Positions 14,041 to 26,021 of a stretch of 64,000 nucleotides of DNA are shown here, piece after piece. The stretch is from the NCBI RefSeq assembly GCF_006345805.1, contig NC_043012.1, positions 9,672,001 to 9,736,000 of the forward strand, written 5' to 3'. Every line of letters begins with the position of its first letter. Position 1 is the stretch's first letter. The stretch is from Octopus sinensis. Its lineage: Eukaryota. Under the pieces are notes generated by a model. The model was not told where the DNA came from and searched no databases. It saw nothing but the letters and a program-made list of their open reading frames with translations. The translations under genes were made by a program, and so were the position numbers.

Positions 14041-14182
14041 TACCATCAGCTATACCGAGGGACACCCACCGACCGGATTATCTTCTCCTTGGTCAAAGGT
14101 TTCTTTACGTAAAAGCATCGGAAACCCACATCCTCCTAACCTCCGCCGTTACTTCTTCTTTCGTTTTTCGTCTTTAGCGCTG

Positions 14183-14403
14183 TTACTCTTTACTCTTTTA
14201 GTCTTTTACTTGTTTCAGTCATTTTGACTGCGGCCATGCTGGAGCACCGCCTTTAGTCGAGCAACTCGACCCCGGGACTTATTCTTTTTGTAAGCCCAGT
14301 ACTTATTCTATCGGTCTCTTTTTGCCGAGCCGCTAAGTGACGGAGGACGTAAACACACCAGTATTGGTTGTCAAGCAATGCTAGGGGAACAAACACAGAC
14401 ACA

Positions 14404-14471
<68 letters not shown>

Positions 14472-14635
14472 CGACAGGCTTGTTTCAGTTTCCGTCTACC
14501 AAATCCATTCACAAGGCATTGGTCGGCCCGGGGTTATAGCAAAAGACACTTGCCCAAGATGCCACACAGCGGGACCGAACCCGGAACCATGTGGTTGGTT
14601 AGCAAGCTACTTACCACACAGCCACTCCTGCGCCT
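14183..14635 (-). mobile_element. tRNA-derived SINE, family A (full length)
   Basis: Head GGCGCAGGAGTGGCTGTGTGG, central (TA)(TG)n, tail ...GTAAAAGAGTAA repeats. Confidence 0.92.
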
Positions 14636-15219
14636 GTTATTATTTGTTGCATTCTTGTTGTCGATGATGCTGGTATCGTTTGCTTTATTCACCTTTTCGC
14701 TGACCTTCTCCATATTTTGTTGCTGGCCTCGTTAGAAACGACATTGTGATTTTTTCTCGCCCTCTAACCGATCATTTTATTCTTCTTACATTTCGTGTGT
14801 GCTTTTGTGCCACCGTTACTGGTATCCTATTGTTGCGGCTGCTATTTCTGTTTTTCTTTTTCTTTCCTAATATCATTGCTGATTATGCCGTATTTCATTT
14901 ATCCAAACTACTATGTTGAAACATGTTATCACTAAGATTTATTCCAGTCAGAAACTAACAGCTTTCGTCATTTTTTTTATTACATTCTTCACTCAAAGAA
15001 AACTTCAGAAAAGCCAGTTCATCGACGCAGATAAGCAGTACAGCATCTGTCATGGCTGCCTCTCATTCATCGTTTAGCTTCAAAAGTAAACATTCTTGTT
15101 GACATCGGGGAACAAAATGTTTATCAGAGAAAAATAATTGTTTTACTCGCTCTTTCGCCTTGGTGCTAGTGAAGATTCGGTATAAAGGATCAAAAGATCT
15201 AGGATATAACAGGGATAAC

Positions 15220-15220
<1 letters not shown>

Positions 15221-15258
<38 letters not shown>

Positions 15259-15343
15259 AAGAGGAGCGGGAGAGGGAGAACGGGGAAGAAAATATTGATG
15301 AGGATGAGGATAGTAATAATGACAGTGGTAGCAGTGGTGAAAA

Positions 15344-15382
<39 letters not shown>

Positions 15383-15420
15383 AAGTAGTAGTAGTAGTAG
15401 CAGTAGCAGCAGCAGCAGTA
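15221..15420. repeat. compound (GAT)/(GTA)/(GCA) microsatellite
   Basis: Direct reading. Confidence 0.9.
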
Positions 15421-15552
15421 GCGGTGGGCTTTTTTTTCCCGATAGATAACTTCATTTCATTGCTTAGAAAAGAATATGGATTCATCTCAATGCAATACTT
15501 TGGAAAGAAATCGAAAGAATGGCAGGAATGTTGAATTCTAACTGAAATAATC

Positions 15553-15602
<50 letters not shown>

Positions 15603-16184
15603 CACACACATACACAAACACTCACATTAATCTCCAAATACATATTCCATTTCAACACACATGCGTCGACCATTTTCTTTATGCTGCGTCCTTAAAAAAA
15701 AACAGACATTCTAATGCATCCTTGTGCACATATGCGCCTTCAGCTCCCTAGAACGCCCCTCATAAAACGGCTTTTCCCTTGGTTTCTAACACTTCAACTA
15801 CTTCCTGCCCTTCTTTTTCATACACCTTCACTATTCCTCTCTCTCTTTCTCTCCCTATCCATATATTTAATCCATTTCTATTCTTCCCCATGAAAAACTA
15901 ACACCTGAAATATTAAGTATCTTTATATGAATACATACGATCGACAAAATAATGCCATATTTGAAAACTTAGTTATTTGTGGTGTTCCTTCAAAAATTTA
16001 GTGACCCTCCCACACACACATACACATACAAATTAGTATAAGGATACTATATTATTGCCTTTTGTATTGCAAATGTTTTCCTTACTGATCAATTAGTTCG
16101 TCACTATGCTTATAAACAATAATTTCAGCATCTCTGAGACCCTACATAACTTTTCTTAAAACAGAAGGCGAATTTTCCTTTAGA

Positions 16185-16905
16185 AAAACAGGCAGATTGG
16201 AGGGATTACAACCGTGTTTCGTGGTCTGCTACCACAACAGCTCCTTTATAGGGTCCAGTTAGCTCAAGACATCATCAGGAGGAACCACGTCCGGTTTCGG
16301 CCCCTACTCCTCTACCGTTTTGACGTTCCCTCCCCCACTTTCGGAGGTGTTTTCAGCTCTGGTGTTGGGTGCATGTCCTCTTTCCTCTTCTTTCTTCTGT
16401 TCCCTGGCCTCTTAGATGTAGCGTCAACGAGTGTCAGCGGGCGAATGACTGTCTTGCCAATTTTTCCCTGTAAATACCTGCTGCCAGACTCCAGCAGGCA
16501 GCCACAGCAAGTTGTCACGTGACACTGTCTCAACTTTAACTGACCAATGAAAGCGCGTAGTCTTAGCCCACGCATTCCCTAAACGACCGTCACCTGTCAG
16601 TCAGCGAAGCTAATTCAGTGTCAGCTTGTCTCACCTAGTGATGTTATTTCCCGCCGGCATGTTATGACTTTCAAGCCATTTTTGGTCTTCCCGCTTCAGC
16701 CATATATAGAAGCTGGCATTTCGACCGCCTCCTGAACTTTCCTTATTAGTTTTCGCAGCTCGGAGCTAGAAAAAACAAATCTTCTTGTGAATAGCGTTGT
16801 CATTTTCCTTTCACTGAAGCCTCTAGCCCCCACTGCCAGGTGATAATACTCGACATTCCATCCCTGTTCTCTGCACTCCTCGATTAGGGTTAAAAGGGTT
16901 AATGC
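16185..16905 (-). mobile_element. 3' fragment (C-terminus plus 3'UTR) of a HERO-like RLE non-LTR retrotransposon
   Basis: Minus-strand translation TLIEECREQGWNVEYYHLAVGARGFSE...RKVQEAVE/(frameshift)ASFYIWLKREDQKW matches the GW...VG.RGF...AS.W.W.KR signature I associate with HERO-clade C-termini; stop at ~16635. Confidence 0.75.
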
Positions 16906-17234
16906 AGTTAAAAAGACTCCTACGAATTCATTGCTGGAATGATTTTAATAATAGGGCTACTCAGTTAGAGCCAGCTTGGATTAAACTACAATAGAAACAA
17001 TAACAACAACATCAACAACAATGAAAGCAGTGGAGGAAGAAACACTAACAGAGCGCAATAAAACAACAAACACTAACGGAGCAGAGGTATTTATTTCTAG
17101 AGAAAAATACTACCACGTAGAATCATATTGATGCGAGAAGGAATGCGTTTACACGTGGTGATTAATTAACCATAGTGAAAATCATTTGCAATACACATTA
17201 TATTGACAAAATCCGGCTCAATTTCCGTAATTAT

Positions 17235-17518
17235 AGTAACACACAGAACACCAGAACTTACAAATATATATAACATACAGCAAATTGTATTACTGGGCAC
17301 TGCACACATCCTAGGTAAAAAAAAAGTTCAATACAGTAACCATAAGAGCATCACAGCACTCCACATTACATACCCAAGGCACACAGAGTGAGACAAGCTG
17401 ACACCGAATTAGTTTCGCTGACTGACAGGTGACGGTCGTTTAGGGAATGCGTGGTCTAAGACTACGCGCCTTCATCTGAATTGAAGTGAAAGCACGCTAT
17501 AAAAATAAAACTACTGAA
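17235..17518 (+). mobile_element. family E (Dong-like 3' end) carrying an 88-bp insertion
   Basis: ORF 17203-17391 contains NIYNIQQIVLLGTAHILG; insertion at 17388-17475 interrupts the family E 3'UTR. Confidence 0.75.
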
Positions 17519-17569
17519 TGATAATAATAATAATAATAATAATAATAATAGTAATAATAATAATAATTC

Positions 17570-17677
17570 CATACAATAACCATCAGAGCATCACTACAAA
17601 TCACAGCACATACCCAAGGCACACAGAGCTGCGCTCGGTGTGAAGTGAAAGCACGATATAAAAATAAAACTACTGAA
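17570..17677 (+). mobile_element. family E, shorter 5'-truncated copy
   Basis: Matches the last ~110 nt of 41664-41880; (TAA)n on both sides. Confidence 0.8.
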
Positions 17678-17687
17678 TAATAATAAC

Positions 17688-17745
<58 letters not shown>

Positions 17746-17767
17746 TAGATACACACATAATATGTGT

Positions 17768-17804
<37 letters not shown>

Positions 17805-18617
17805 CGTATATTGCCTCGGAGTACGTGGATTCTGTACCGTTGATTGTGAATCATTTTAATTCTTCCGTAACACTTTCACTACACTACACCTTTTCTTACC
17901 TCTTCTCTGTCATTCCTCTCTACACCTCCATTTCATCACCATGACCGACCTTCATTCTTTTGTGGAGCATCCTCCGTTTCCTCTTCGCTGGAATATTTCG
18001 TCTTTTCGACGAAGAGCCATGATCGAAACATCACTTCTCCACACTCATCTTTCCATCTAAAACTTTCACCGACCGTCAATCTAATATATTCCTTATTATG
18101 TGTTATCCTTTAGCATCCTTGTAATTCCATCGATTTCTTTACTGTTATTTCATTGATGTTAACGGATGTTTTTCTCTTGTTTTTTTCCCGAGCAATAAAT
18201 TAACGATATCCATCGGGAAATAAAAACAAATACATCTCTAGGGCGAAGTTTGAAGTGGAAAATCGTACTTCCAATTTTTGCCCTATAATTACGAAAAACT
18301 CGAGTGTGTAAAACCCTGCATCGCAAGAAACGCAAGACAGCAGAAAATTTAAAACTATATATATAAACATTGCTAGAATAGGAAATGAAAACTTGTCATG
18401 GTCAACACCCGGAAGCTACCGGAAGTAAATCAGGTTGAGAGCTACGTGAAAAGTGTGAATCAATGTCTAGTCAATTAAGACGAAAAACAAATGAATATAA
18501 TACACAAGTATCTCTGTTTTATTGCAGAATAATGTAATCAGCGCTAACAAATAATAGAATGTTTTTTCATTTCTGATTGAAAAAAAAAACAAGAAAAACC
18601 CATATATAACTCTATAT

Positions 18618-18923
18618 CACGTGATCACGTGACCGACCAGACCATCAGATGTTGTTACACATCGCTGGTCACAATGCGTTCGCATTGATTTAGCCTTCGA
18701 ATGACGCCACCCCGCTGGCTAAGCGAGCAGGCCAACAGAAGAAAGAGTAGGAGGAAGTGTGGTGAAAGAGTACAGCAGGGATCACCACCCCCTGCCGGAG
18801 CATCATGGAGCTTTTTAGGGGTTATCGCTCAATAAACACTCACAACGTCTTGTCTGGGAATCGAAACCGCAATCCTACGACCACGAGTCCTCTGCCCTAA
18901 CCACTGGGCCATTGCACCTCCAC
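18618..18923 (-). mobile_element. SINE family B head and body with alternative tail type ii
   Basis: Family B head and body on minus strand; tail ends in CACGTGATCACGTG; 14-bp TSD ATATAACTCTATAT at 18604-18617 and 18924-18937. Confidence 0.88.
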
Positions 18924-19274
18924 ATATAACTCTATATATGAATCAGAAATCAACTATGCCCACCAGACACAAATCTGATATTCTGACTTAGACATTCATC
19001 AAACTGGATGTATATTATAACCTACCTACGTTATACTGATATATCATCATGATCATCATGATCATGATTATCTTCATCGTCACCATCATCATCATCACCA
19101 TTATGATTATGATTATTAAGGTGTTGAGCTAGCTCAATCGTTAGCGGGCCATATTCCCAGTGTACCACTGAGATTGATGGTATCAACTAATCCTCACCCC
19201 TCAAACTCTCTGGCCTTGTGCCAAAAGTTGAATCAATTATTATTAGCCGTGGTATTAGTGATAAACTTCTTTAC

Positions 19275-19510
19275 TCAACCCGCAAGAACTGAAAATTTGG
19301 AGGAAGTGGTGGAGTCGATTATTTCAACGCCATTGTTTGGGGACAGAAAATTACATTAATGCCAGGGTTCAAATGGCACTTATTTTATCGATACCGAAGC
19401 AATGACAGGCAAAGTCCACCTCCATGGAATTTGAACTCATTACGTAAAGAAGCAACAAATGTCGCTAAGCGTTTCGTGCTTTGTGCTAACGATACTACTA
19501 TGCTCCTGCT
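19275..19510 (-). mobile_element. SINE family C (diverged)
   Basis: Reverse complement contains GAGTTCAAATTCC and the family C body. Confidence 0.65.
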
Positions 19511-19535
19511 TTAATAATCATAAAAAAATTCTTTG

Positions 19536-19707
19536 TGCCATAGGAGTGGCTGTGTGGTAAGTAGCTTGTTTACCAACCACATGGTTCAGGGTTCAGTGCC
19601 ACTGAGTGGCACCTTGGGCAAGTGTCTTCTACTATAGTCTCGGGCCGACCAAAGCCTTGTGAGTGGATTTGGTAGACGGAAATTGAAAGAAACCCGTCGT
19701 ATATATG

Positions 19708-19743
<36 letters not shown>

Positions 19744-19970
19744 CATGCGTGTGTGAGTTTGTGTGTCTGTGTTTGTCCCCCTAGCATTGCTTGACAACCG
19801 ATGCTGGTGTGTTTATATCCCCGTTACTTAGCGGTTCGGCAAAAAGAGATCGATAGAATAAGTACTGGGCTTACAAAAAGAAATAGTCCCGGGATCGAGT
19901 TGCTCGATTAAAGGCGGTGCTCCAGCATGGCCGCAGTTAAATGACTGAAACAAGTAAAAGAGTAAAGAGA
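19536..19970 (+). mobile_element. tRNA-derived SINE, family A (full length)
   Basis: Head AGGAGTGGCTGTGTGG, central (TA)n/(TG)n, tail AAGTAAAAGAGTAAAGAG. Confidence 0.92.
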
Positions 19971-19979
19971 GGTACCAGC

Positions 19980-20720
19980 CAGAGTTAGTCCATTACATTA
20001 ACCTCAATACTCATCTAGTACTTATATCATCAACCCAGAAAGGATGAAAGGCAATGTCGACCTTAGCGGAATTTGAACTCAGACGGCCGAAATGTCATTC
20101 AGGATTTTGTCCGATGTGTCAAGGATTCTGCTAGCTCGCCGTCTTGTCACTCTAATGATATTCCTTTCTGCTAAAGGTGCATAGATTAAAATTTTGTTGG
20201 AGGTGACTAGTCTATTACATCGACCCCGTGCCTGTCTAGTACTTATTTTATCGAGCCCGGTTGCATGAAAGGCAAAGTCGACTTCGGCGGAATTTGAACT
20301 CAGAACGTAAAGACAAATGAAATGCACTCTGCTCGGCGTGCTAATGATTCTGCTAGCTCGCCGCCTTAAGAATTAAAGCCAACTTCGTCCTCAGCGCAAT
20401 TTGAACAGAGAACATAGCGATGGGCGAAATGCTGTTAAGCACTTAATTTCTGTGGTTCCAGAGTGAGGAAAACTAAATTTGATCTCGATGAGATTTGAAC
20501 TCAAAATGTTATGGATAGGAAGAAAAAAAATCTCGATTTAATGTTTCTGCTAATCATTTAACTAATCATTTCTAGTTTAAGCAAAAGTTTAGAAATTTTG
20601 AAAACGAAGGAATTTATCTGATGAGGTCAACTTTAGAATGTAAGTTATCGGTGAGTCGACAGGTAAATTGACATCGGCGGAATTGAACTCAGAAGCAAGA
20701 TATCTGCAAGAACTATAGAC
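19980..20720 (-). mobile_element. head-to-tail run of about five diverged family C SINE copies
   Basis: Repeated GGAATTTGAACTC-type motifs at ~20070, 20290, 20400, 20495 and 20680, all in the same orientation. Confidence 0.7.
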
Positions 20721-20867
20721 TTCTAACTATTCTTCCACTCTAACTCTTAAGATTATTAAAAAATCAACAACAGATAATCATTGTATCTGTTAGTTGACAC
20801 AATAATCTATCGTTTGAAGCCAGCCTTGATTGAAAGGTCAGTAAACAAAAAAATATTAGTAAAGCAA

Positions 20868-20905
<38 letters not shown>

Positions 20906-21945
20906 GGAGAGAGAGAGAAGGAGGGAGACAGAATGGGGAGACAGAGAGGAAAAGTGAGTGATTTCACAGACAGTAAACTAATTTTCCATCCATTTACGAT
21001 TTGATGTTGAATATAAACGTGTTAGCTGGGACTGTGCTTCTGAGCTGGATATGTAGAAATGTGTCTCCTAATGCTCTTTGTTCTACGTAATTGAAAACAA
21101 GCTATCATCTATGAATACGTCATTGCGATATTTGATTTTAATAAACTAATAGAAGAGAGAGAAACTAGTTTAGTAAGCGATATAACAGAAAGAAAACAAA
21201 AATCAATCTCTGGCCATTATGGAGACATGTATTTCAAAATAGTAGCTGTGAATTTAGAAGGAGACAGGAAAATGAAAAGAAAACCTAAGAAACAACAAAA
21301 TACTTCATGAAAAAAATAAAGATGTTGATGTGTGTGAAGAGGTTGGTCATGTGTCAGGCATGTGTAAGTTAAGAAATACCTGTAGTCATATAAAGCTGAC
21401 TGTTACTCGAACGTCTCATACGGAAGAAATAAAGATAATCAAAGTTTAAGAAAATGAACCAGAAAGAAAATAATGCTGCCCAGTTAAAATATGCTGTGTC
21501 ATACCAACATTAACTGCAATAATATATATAGCAGGGGCTGGAAAAATCAAAATGATAGTGTAAAGAAACTCTGTAGCTGGGCGATAAGGTAAAAATATAG
21601 GCAAAACTGAAATAGATTTGCGTTCAGTGATGGCAAAAAAATAATGAGGTTTTGTTGGCAAAAAATAATGAGGTTTTGTTGTAAACAAACATACAGAATT
21701 TTGACAACTATTGAAAATTATATATAGCGATAAACAATAACAACACTATATTTATCGATTTTAGATAAATCTCGCCAAAGGTTTTCTATATACACCAGTA
21801 ATCCTCTACCATTACTTCTATGGATGTATAATATGAAACCGAAAACGAAAGTAAATTGAAAAGAGAGAAGGCAGATAGAAAGACAGATAGATCGACAGGT
21901 AGAAAAATAGATAGGTAGATAGATAGATGGATGGATGGATTGATC

Positions 21946-21946
<1 letters not shown>

Positions 21947-22003
<57 letters not shown>
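21947..22003. repeat. (AG)n microsatellite
   Basis: Direct reading. Confidence 0.95.
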
Positions 22004-22006
<3 letters not shown>

Positions 22007-22039
22007 AGTAACGCCATGTTATTCTTTAATGTTACTCGC

Positions 22040-22440
22040 GTATTTTAAGTGTAGATCTTACCGAGGTCGTATTTGCCTTTCATCCGTTCGGGGTAGATGA
22101 AATAAGCACCAATTGTGTTCTGGGGTCGGTGTAATCGATTTACGCTACCCTTGAAATTGCTGGCCTCGTGCTACAATTTTGATATCAATATTAATTATGT
22201 GTAATGAAGGCGGAGAGCTAGCAAATCGTTAACACCCATGGCGAAACGCTTAACGGCATTTCCTCCGTCTTTACGTTATGAGTTCAAATTCCCACGGTGT
22301 CGACCTTACCTTTCATCTTTTCGGTGTCGATAAAAGAAATGCCAAAATGCCAGTTGAGCACTGTTGTTGATGCAATCGACTTGCCACTCCCTTCAAATTT
22401 GCTGCCCTTGCGCCAGAATTTGAAATCAATATTAACAAGA
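22040..22440 (+). mobile_element. two tandem family C SINE copies
   Basis: CCGAGGTCGTATTTGCCTTTCATCC at ~22060 and a second head AAGGCGGAGAGCTAGC at ~22207. Confidence 0.75.
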
Positions 22441-23651
22441 GGCATAGTTATTCATGATCATTGAGATTTTAGATATGCCATGCACCTTATTTCAGTTTTT
22501 AATCTATTAATAAAATTATATGATTCCCCAAATCCCCAACCAGTAACCGAGCAATGATTCGCCACAGCCGGACGCAGAATACTTTCTCAGAATCCACTTT
22601 TTATCTTATACCTGAACAGGTATAATAGACAGAACGGGAGATATGTTACATCCCGCTTCACGTATTTTCAGTAACGATTGTACGCTTCTTGCTCCTGCTG
22701 TTCTTTTGTTCTCAACACTTGACCTAATCTATTTAAATAACTAATGTTGGCCTCCTTCTGCTTTTCACATATATATTTGATTCCTACAATGTAGAATGTA
22801 ATAACGAGCTTTTAGCATATTATACAAATGCAGCTGCATATTGTTGCTTTTCGATTTCTATGAATTCTCACCAAGCGCTCAGTATCAAATTGTTGCTCAC
22901 AGAAATTATATCTGTTACAGACATCTCCTTATCAGACAAATTAAATGATATAACGATACATTTTGACTTAAAACATAACTTGAATATAGAACCTCGTTAC
23001 TAAAGCATAAGAACACGTATCTTTTAGATTGTTATCTTGCTAAAAGGAAAAGTTAAACAAAGATGGATTTGGAAAAAATTTGATAGCTATTGTGAAGCAA
23101 TGTCATGACTTCATAGTAATAATAGTTGATGAATGACACGGACTTGTCAGATACTTTGGAACACACAAAGGAAGTCAGACTGAGCTGTGCTGCTTCACCA
23201 AAATTATTCTGCGTCAGATTCTTTATATCACTCGCACACATCGTTCAATTCAGAATTTCCGTGATGCTATTCACATCAAGTACAGAACCAAGAGAAAACA
23301 TTGAGATCTCAGTATTCAGACCTGTGAATTAATGTCTTACAGCTTGTGATAACTATAAGTTAAAAATAAAATTGAGGTCACGTAATAACCTTTTGGCAAA
23401 TGAAATATAAGGATTTTCACATTACTGTTGTATAATGCAAATACATTACAAATAATGGAAAATCCAAGTAGAAAATTTCGTTTAGCTGCGGTAATAGTTA
23501 TGGCAGTGAAAAATATGGTCAAGAAAATGAGCGATGTTCAGAAACTAAAAAAAAGTGCTGCGATTGCCATCAATAACTGATGTTGATGTCCAGCAGCAGC
23601 TTATCTATATACGTGTATTTATACATAGTATATGTATTTGTATGTGGACAA

Positions 23652-23690
<39 letters not shown>

Positions 23691-23707
23691 TATATGTTCA
23701 GAATTTA

Positions 23708-23992
23708 AAACACACCAGCATCGGCTGTCAAGCCATGTTGTGGGGACAAACACAGCTACAGAAAAATATACACACATACATACATACATACATATATATA
23801 TATTATATATATATATATATATATATGCATATATAGGGCGGGCTTCTTTCATTTTCCGTCTACCAAATCCACTCACAAGGCTTTGGTCGGCCCGAGGCTA
23901 TAGTAGAAGACAGTTTCCCAAGGTGCCCCGCAGTGGAACTGAACCCGGATCCATGTGGTTGGTAAGCAAGCTACTTACAACACAGCCACTCC
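23708..23992 (-). mobile_element. SINE family A (3' part missing)
   Basis: Matches family A head and central microsatellite. Confidence 0.85.
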
Positions 23993-24115
23993 TGACAGTG
24001 ATTTCGAAGTTTTGGCCAGCTAAGCAACCGTCCGATTGCTGTCCGACGATTGCTTAACACACCAAAACTTCGAAGTCACTGTCAACAACAATGTTCTATA
24101 AGAATAATATACATA

Positions 24116-24942
24116 CACGAGGCTGGGTCAAAACGTTCCCGGATTGGTTCTGTAGCGCGTCAACACAGCGCAGCACACATGGTTGCGTGCGCAGTGAGAG
24201 TTAGCAGTGGCCTTTGAAATTTGTATTTTTGTGATCACGTGTATGCTGTAGTCTGCGATTTTTATCACGGGCAGGAGGCTGGAACAAAGAGCCAAAGTAA
24301 AATTTTTCTTTAAACTTAGGAAATCTGCTATACTGACATTGAACATACTTCAGCAAGCTTTCGGCAACGTACACGTTGCTTCGAGTAGCATGGGTGCTTT
24401 AAAAGCGAAAGAACGTCTCTGGAAGATAATGCGCCACCTGGAAAACCTGCCATGAGTTTCACCCTCAGAAATGTGGTGAAAAATTTAACAGTTTTTCCAT
24501 AAAGATCGGAAGAAAATCAATGATGCTTCGGACGCGTTTAAGGGAGGACATTCGGTGGAAGTGACCAGATCTGTGGAGCGCGTAGAATTTAGATTCTTCA
24601 CGCCGACAATGCACACTGTCACCGAGTTCTCGCTTGTATGTTTCTCGCTCAAAACAACTTGGTATCGCTTCCACATCCGCCGCATTCGCCAGATTTAGCA
24701 CCTACAGACTTTCATATCTTCCTTTAGATGAAAGTGCAGCTCAAAGGTCGCCGTTTTAATACCGTTGTTAAGACTTGCTTAAGGAAAACGACTTTCAGAC
24801 CGAATTCCAAAAGCGGGACGCTGGGATCGGTATATTGCTTCGTGAGGTGACTATTTCAATGGAGATGATATTAAATGTTACGTAAATAAGTTAATTTTTA
24901 TTACATATAACTAGGACGAGAACACTATGGTACCACTTCGTG
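24116..24942 (+). mobile_element. internally deleted mariner transposon (Himar/Hsmar2-like)
   Basis: TA at both ends, degenerate TIRs (CACGAGG.../...CTTCGTG); peptides EQRAKVKFFFKLRKSA and HADNAHCHR...LPHPPHSPDLAPTDFHIFL*MKVQLKGRRF; stops and deletion. Confidence 0.85.
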
Positions 24943-25164
24943 TATATATATATATATATATATTGTTCGTTATGATATGTGGATTGTGCCTGAAGAATAT
25001 ATTTTCAACATATGAAACGATTAGTAGCACTTAAGGACATGTATTGTGGCCTTTGCATGAATAATATATATATATATGTGTATATATATATATACATACA
25101 TACACACATACAAACTATTTAAATTGTGTTTTTGCATATTTATGATATTGTTTTGTTTACTTGT

Positions 25165-25233
25165 GTGTATGTATGTATGTATGTATGTATGTATGTATGT
25201 ATGTATGTATGTATGTATGTGTGTATGTATGTA
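25165..25233. repeat. (TATG)n microsatellite
   Basis: Direct reading. Confidence 0.95.
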
Positions 25234-25262
25234 TAAGCCACGCGCATCCTCCATTGTATACA

Positions 25263-25505
25263 ATGGAGGATGCGCGTGGCTTAGTGGTTAGGGTGTCAGC
25301 ATCATGATCGTAAGATTGTGGTTTCGATTCCCGGGCCGGGCGACGTGTTGTGTTCTTGGGCAAAACACTTCATTTCACGTTGCTCCAGTCCACTCAGCTG
25401 ACAAAAATGAGTAACGCCTGGATGGACTGGCGTCCCGTCAAGCTGGGGAACACATACGCCATTGAAACCGGGCCCATGCGCCTGGTTAGGTTTTAAAAGG
25501 GTGCA
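25263..25505 (+). mobile_element. tRNA-derived CORE-type SINE with tail type iii
   Basis: A box TGGCTTAGTGG, B box GTTTCGATTCCC, CORE-like TTCTTGGGCAAAACACTTCATTTCAC..CAGTCCACTCAGCTG..AAATGAG; tail GGACTGGCGTCCCGTC shared with 37249 copy. Confidence 0.85.
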
Positions 25506-26021
25506 TTTCTTTTATTTATACTCGAATACATAACGTAGAGTAATATGCTTTTTATTGGAGCTGCAAAATTATCAAAACCTATTATTCAGAGTTTTACATG
25601 CCCATTCGCCGGATAGTTGAGATAAAATCACAAATGATAAAACCACCACATTACAGGCGCCGTCTGTAAATCCGAACTTGCGTATTAATTAATAATTGGT
25701 AATTAATAGGTATATTTATCACAGAGTAGTAATCGGGTAAAGAATAGAACAAAAATTATTTACTTAATTGTGTTTCTTACGTAAATGGTTCTGGAACTGC
25801 ATCCATTTTATACCATGGTTTGCAACCTTAATCAATCAATTTAATTGATCAGTTGATAAACCAATTTACGAAACAATAATACACGAACCTTTCACCTCAA
25901 AGCGTAACGATATGCTATTTTGGGAAAATGCAGAATTAGGGGAAAGAATGCAGAATTAGTGAAAAGGTGTAACTCATAATAGACATGTCAGATTTTCCCT
26001 TATTATCTGTTATCCTCTATT

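Noticed and set aside
21631-21681. ~25-bp tandem duplication GGCAAAAAATAATGAGGTTTTGTT
   Set aside because: Ordinary slippage duplication with no further structure.
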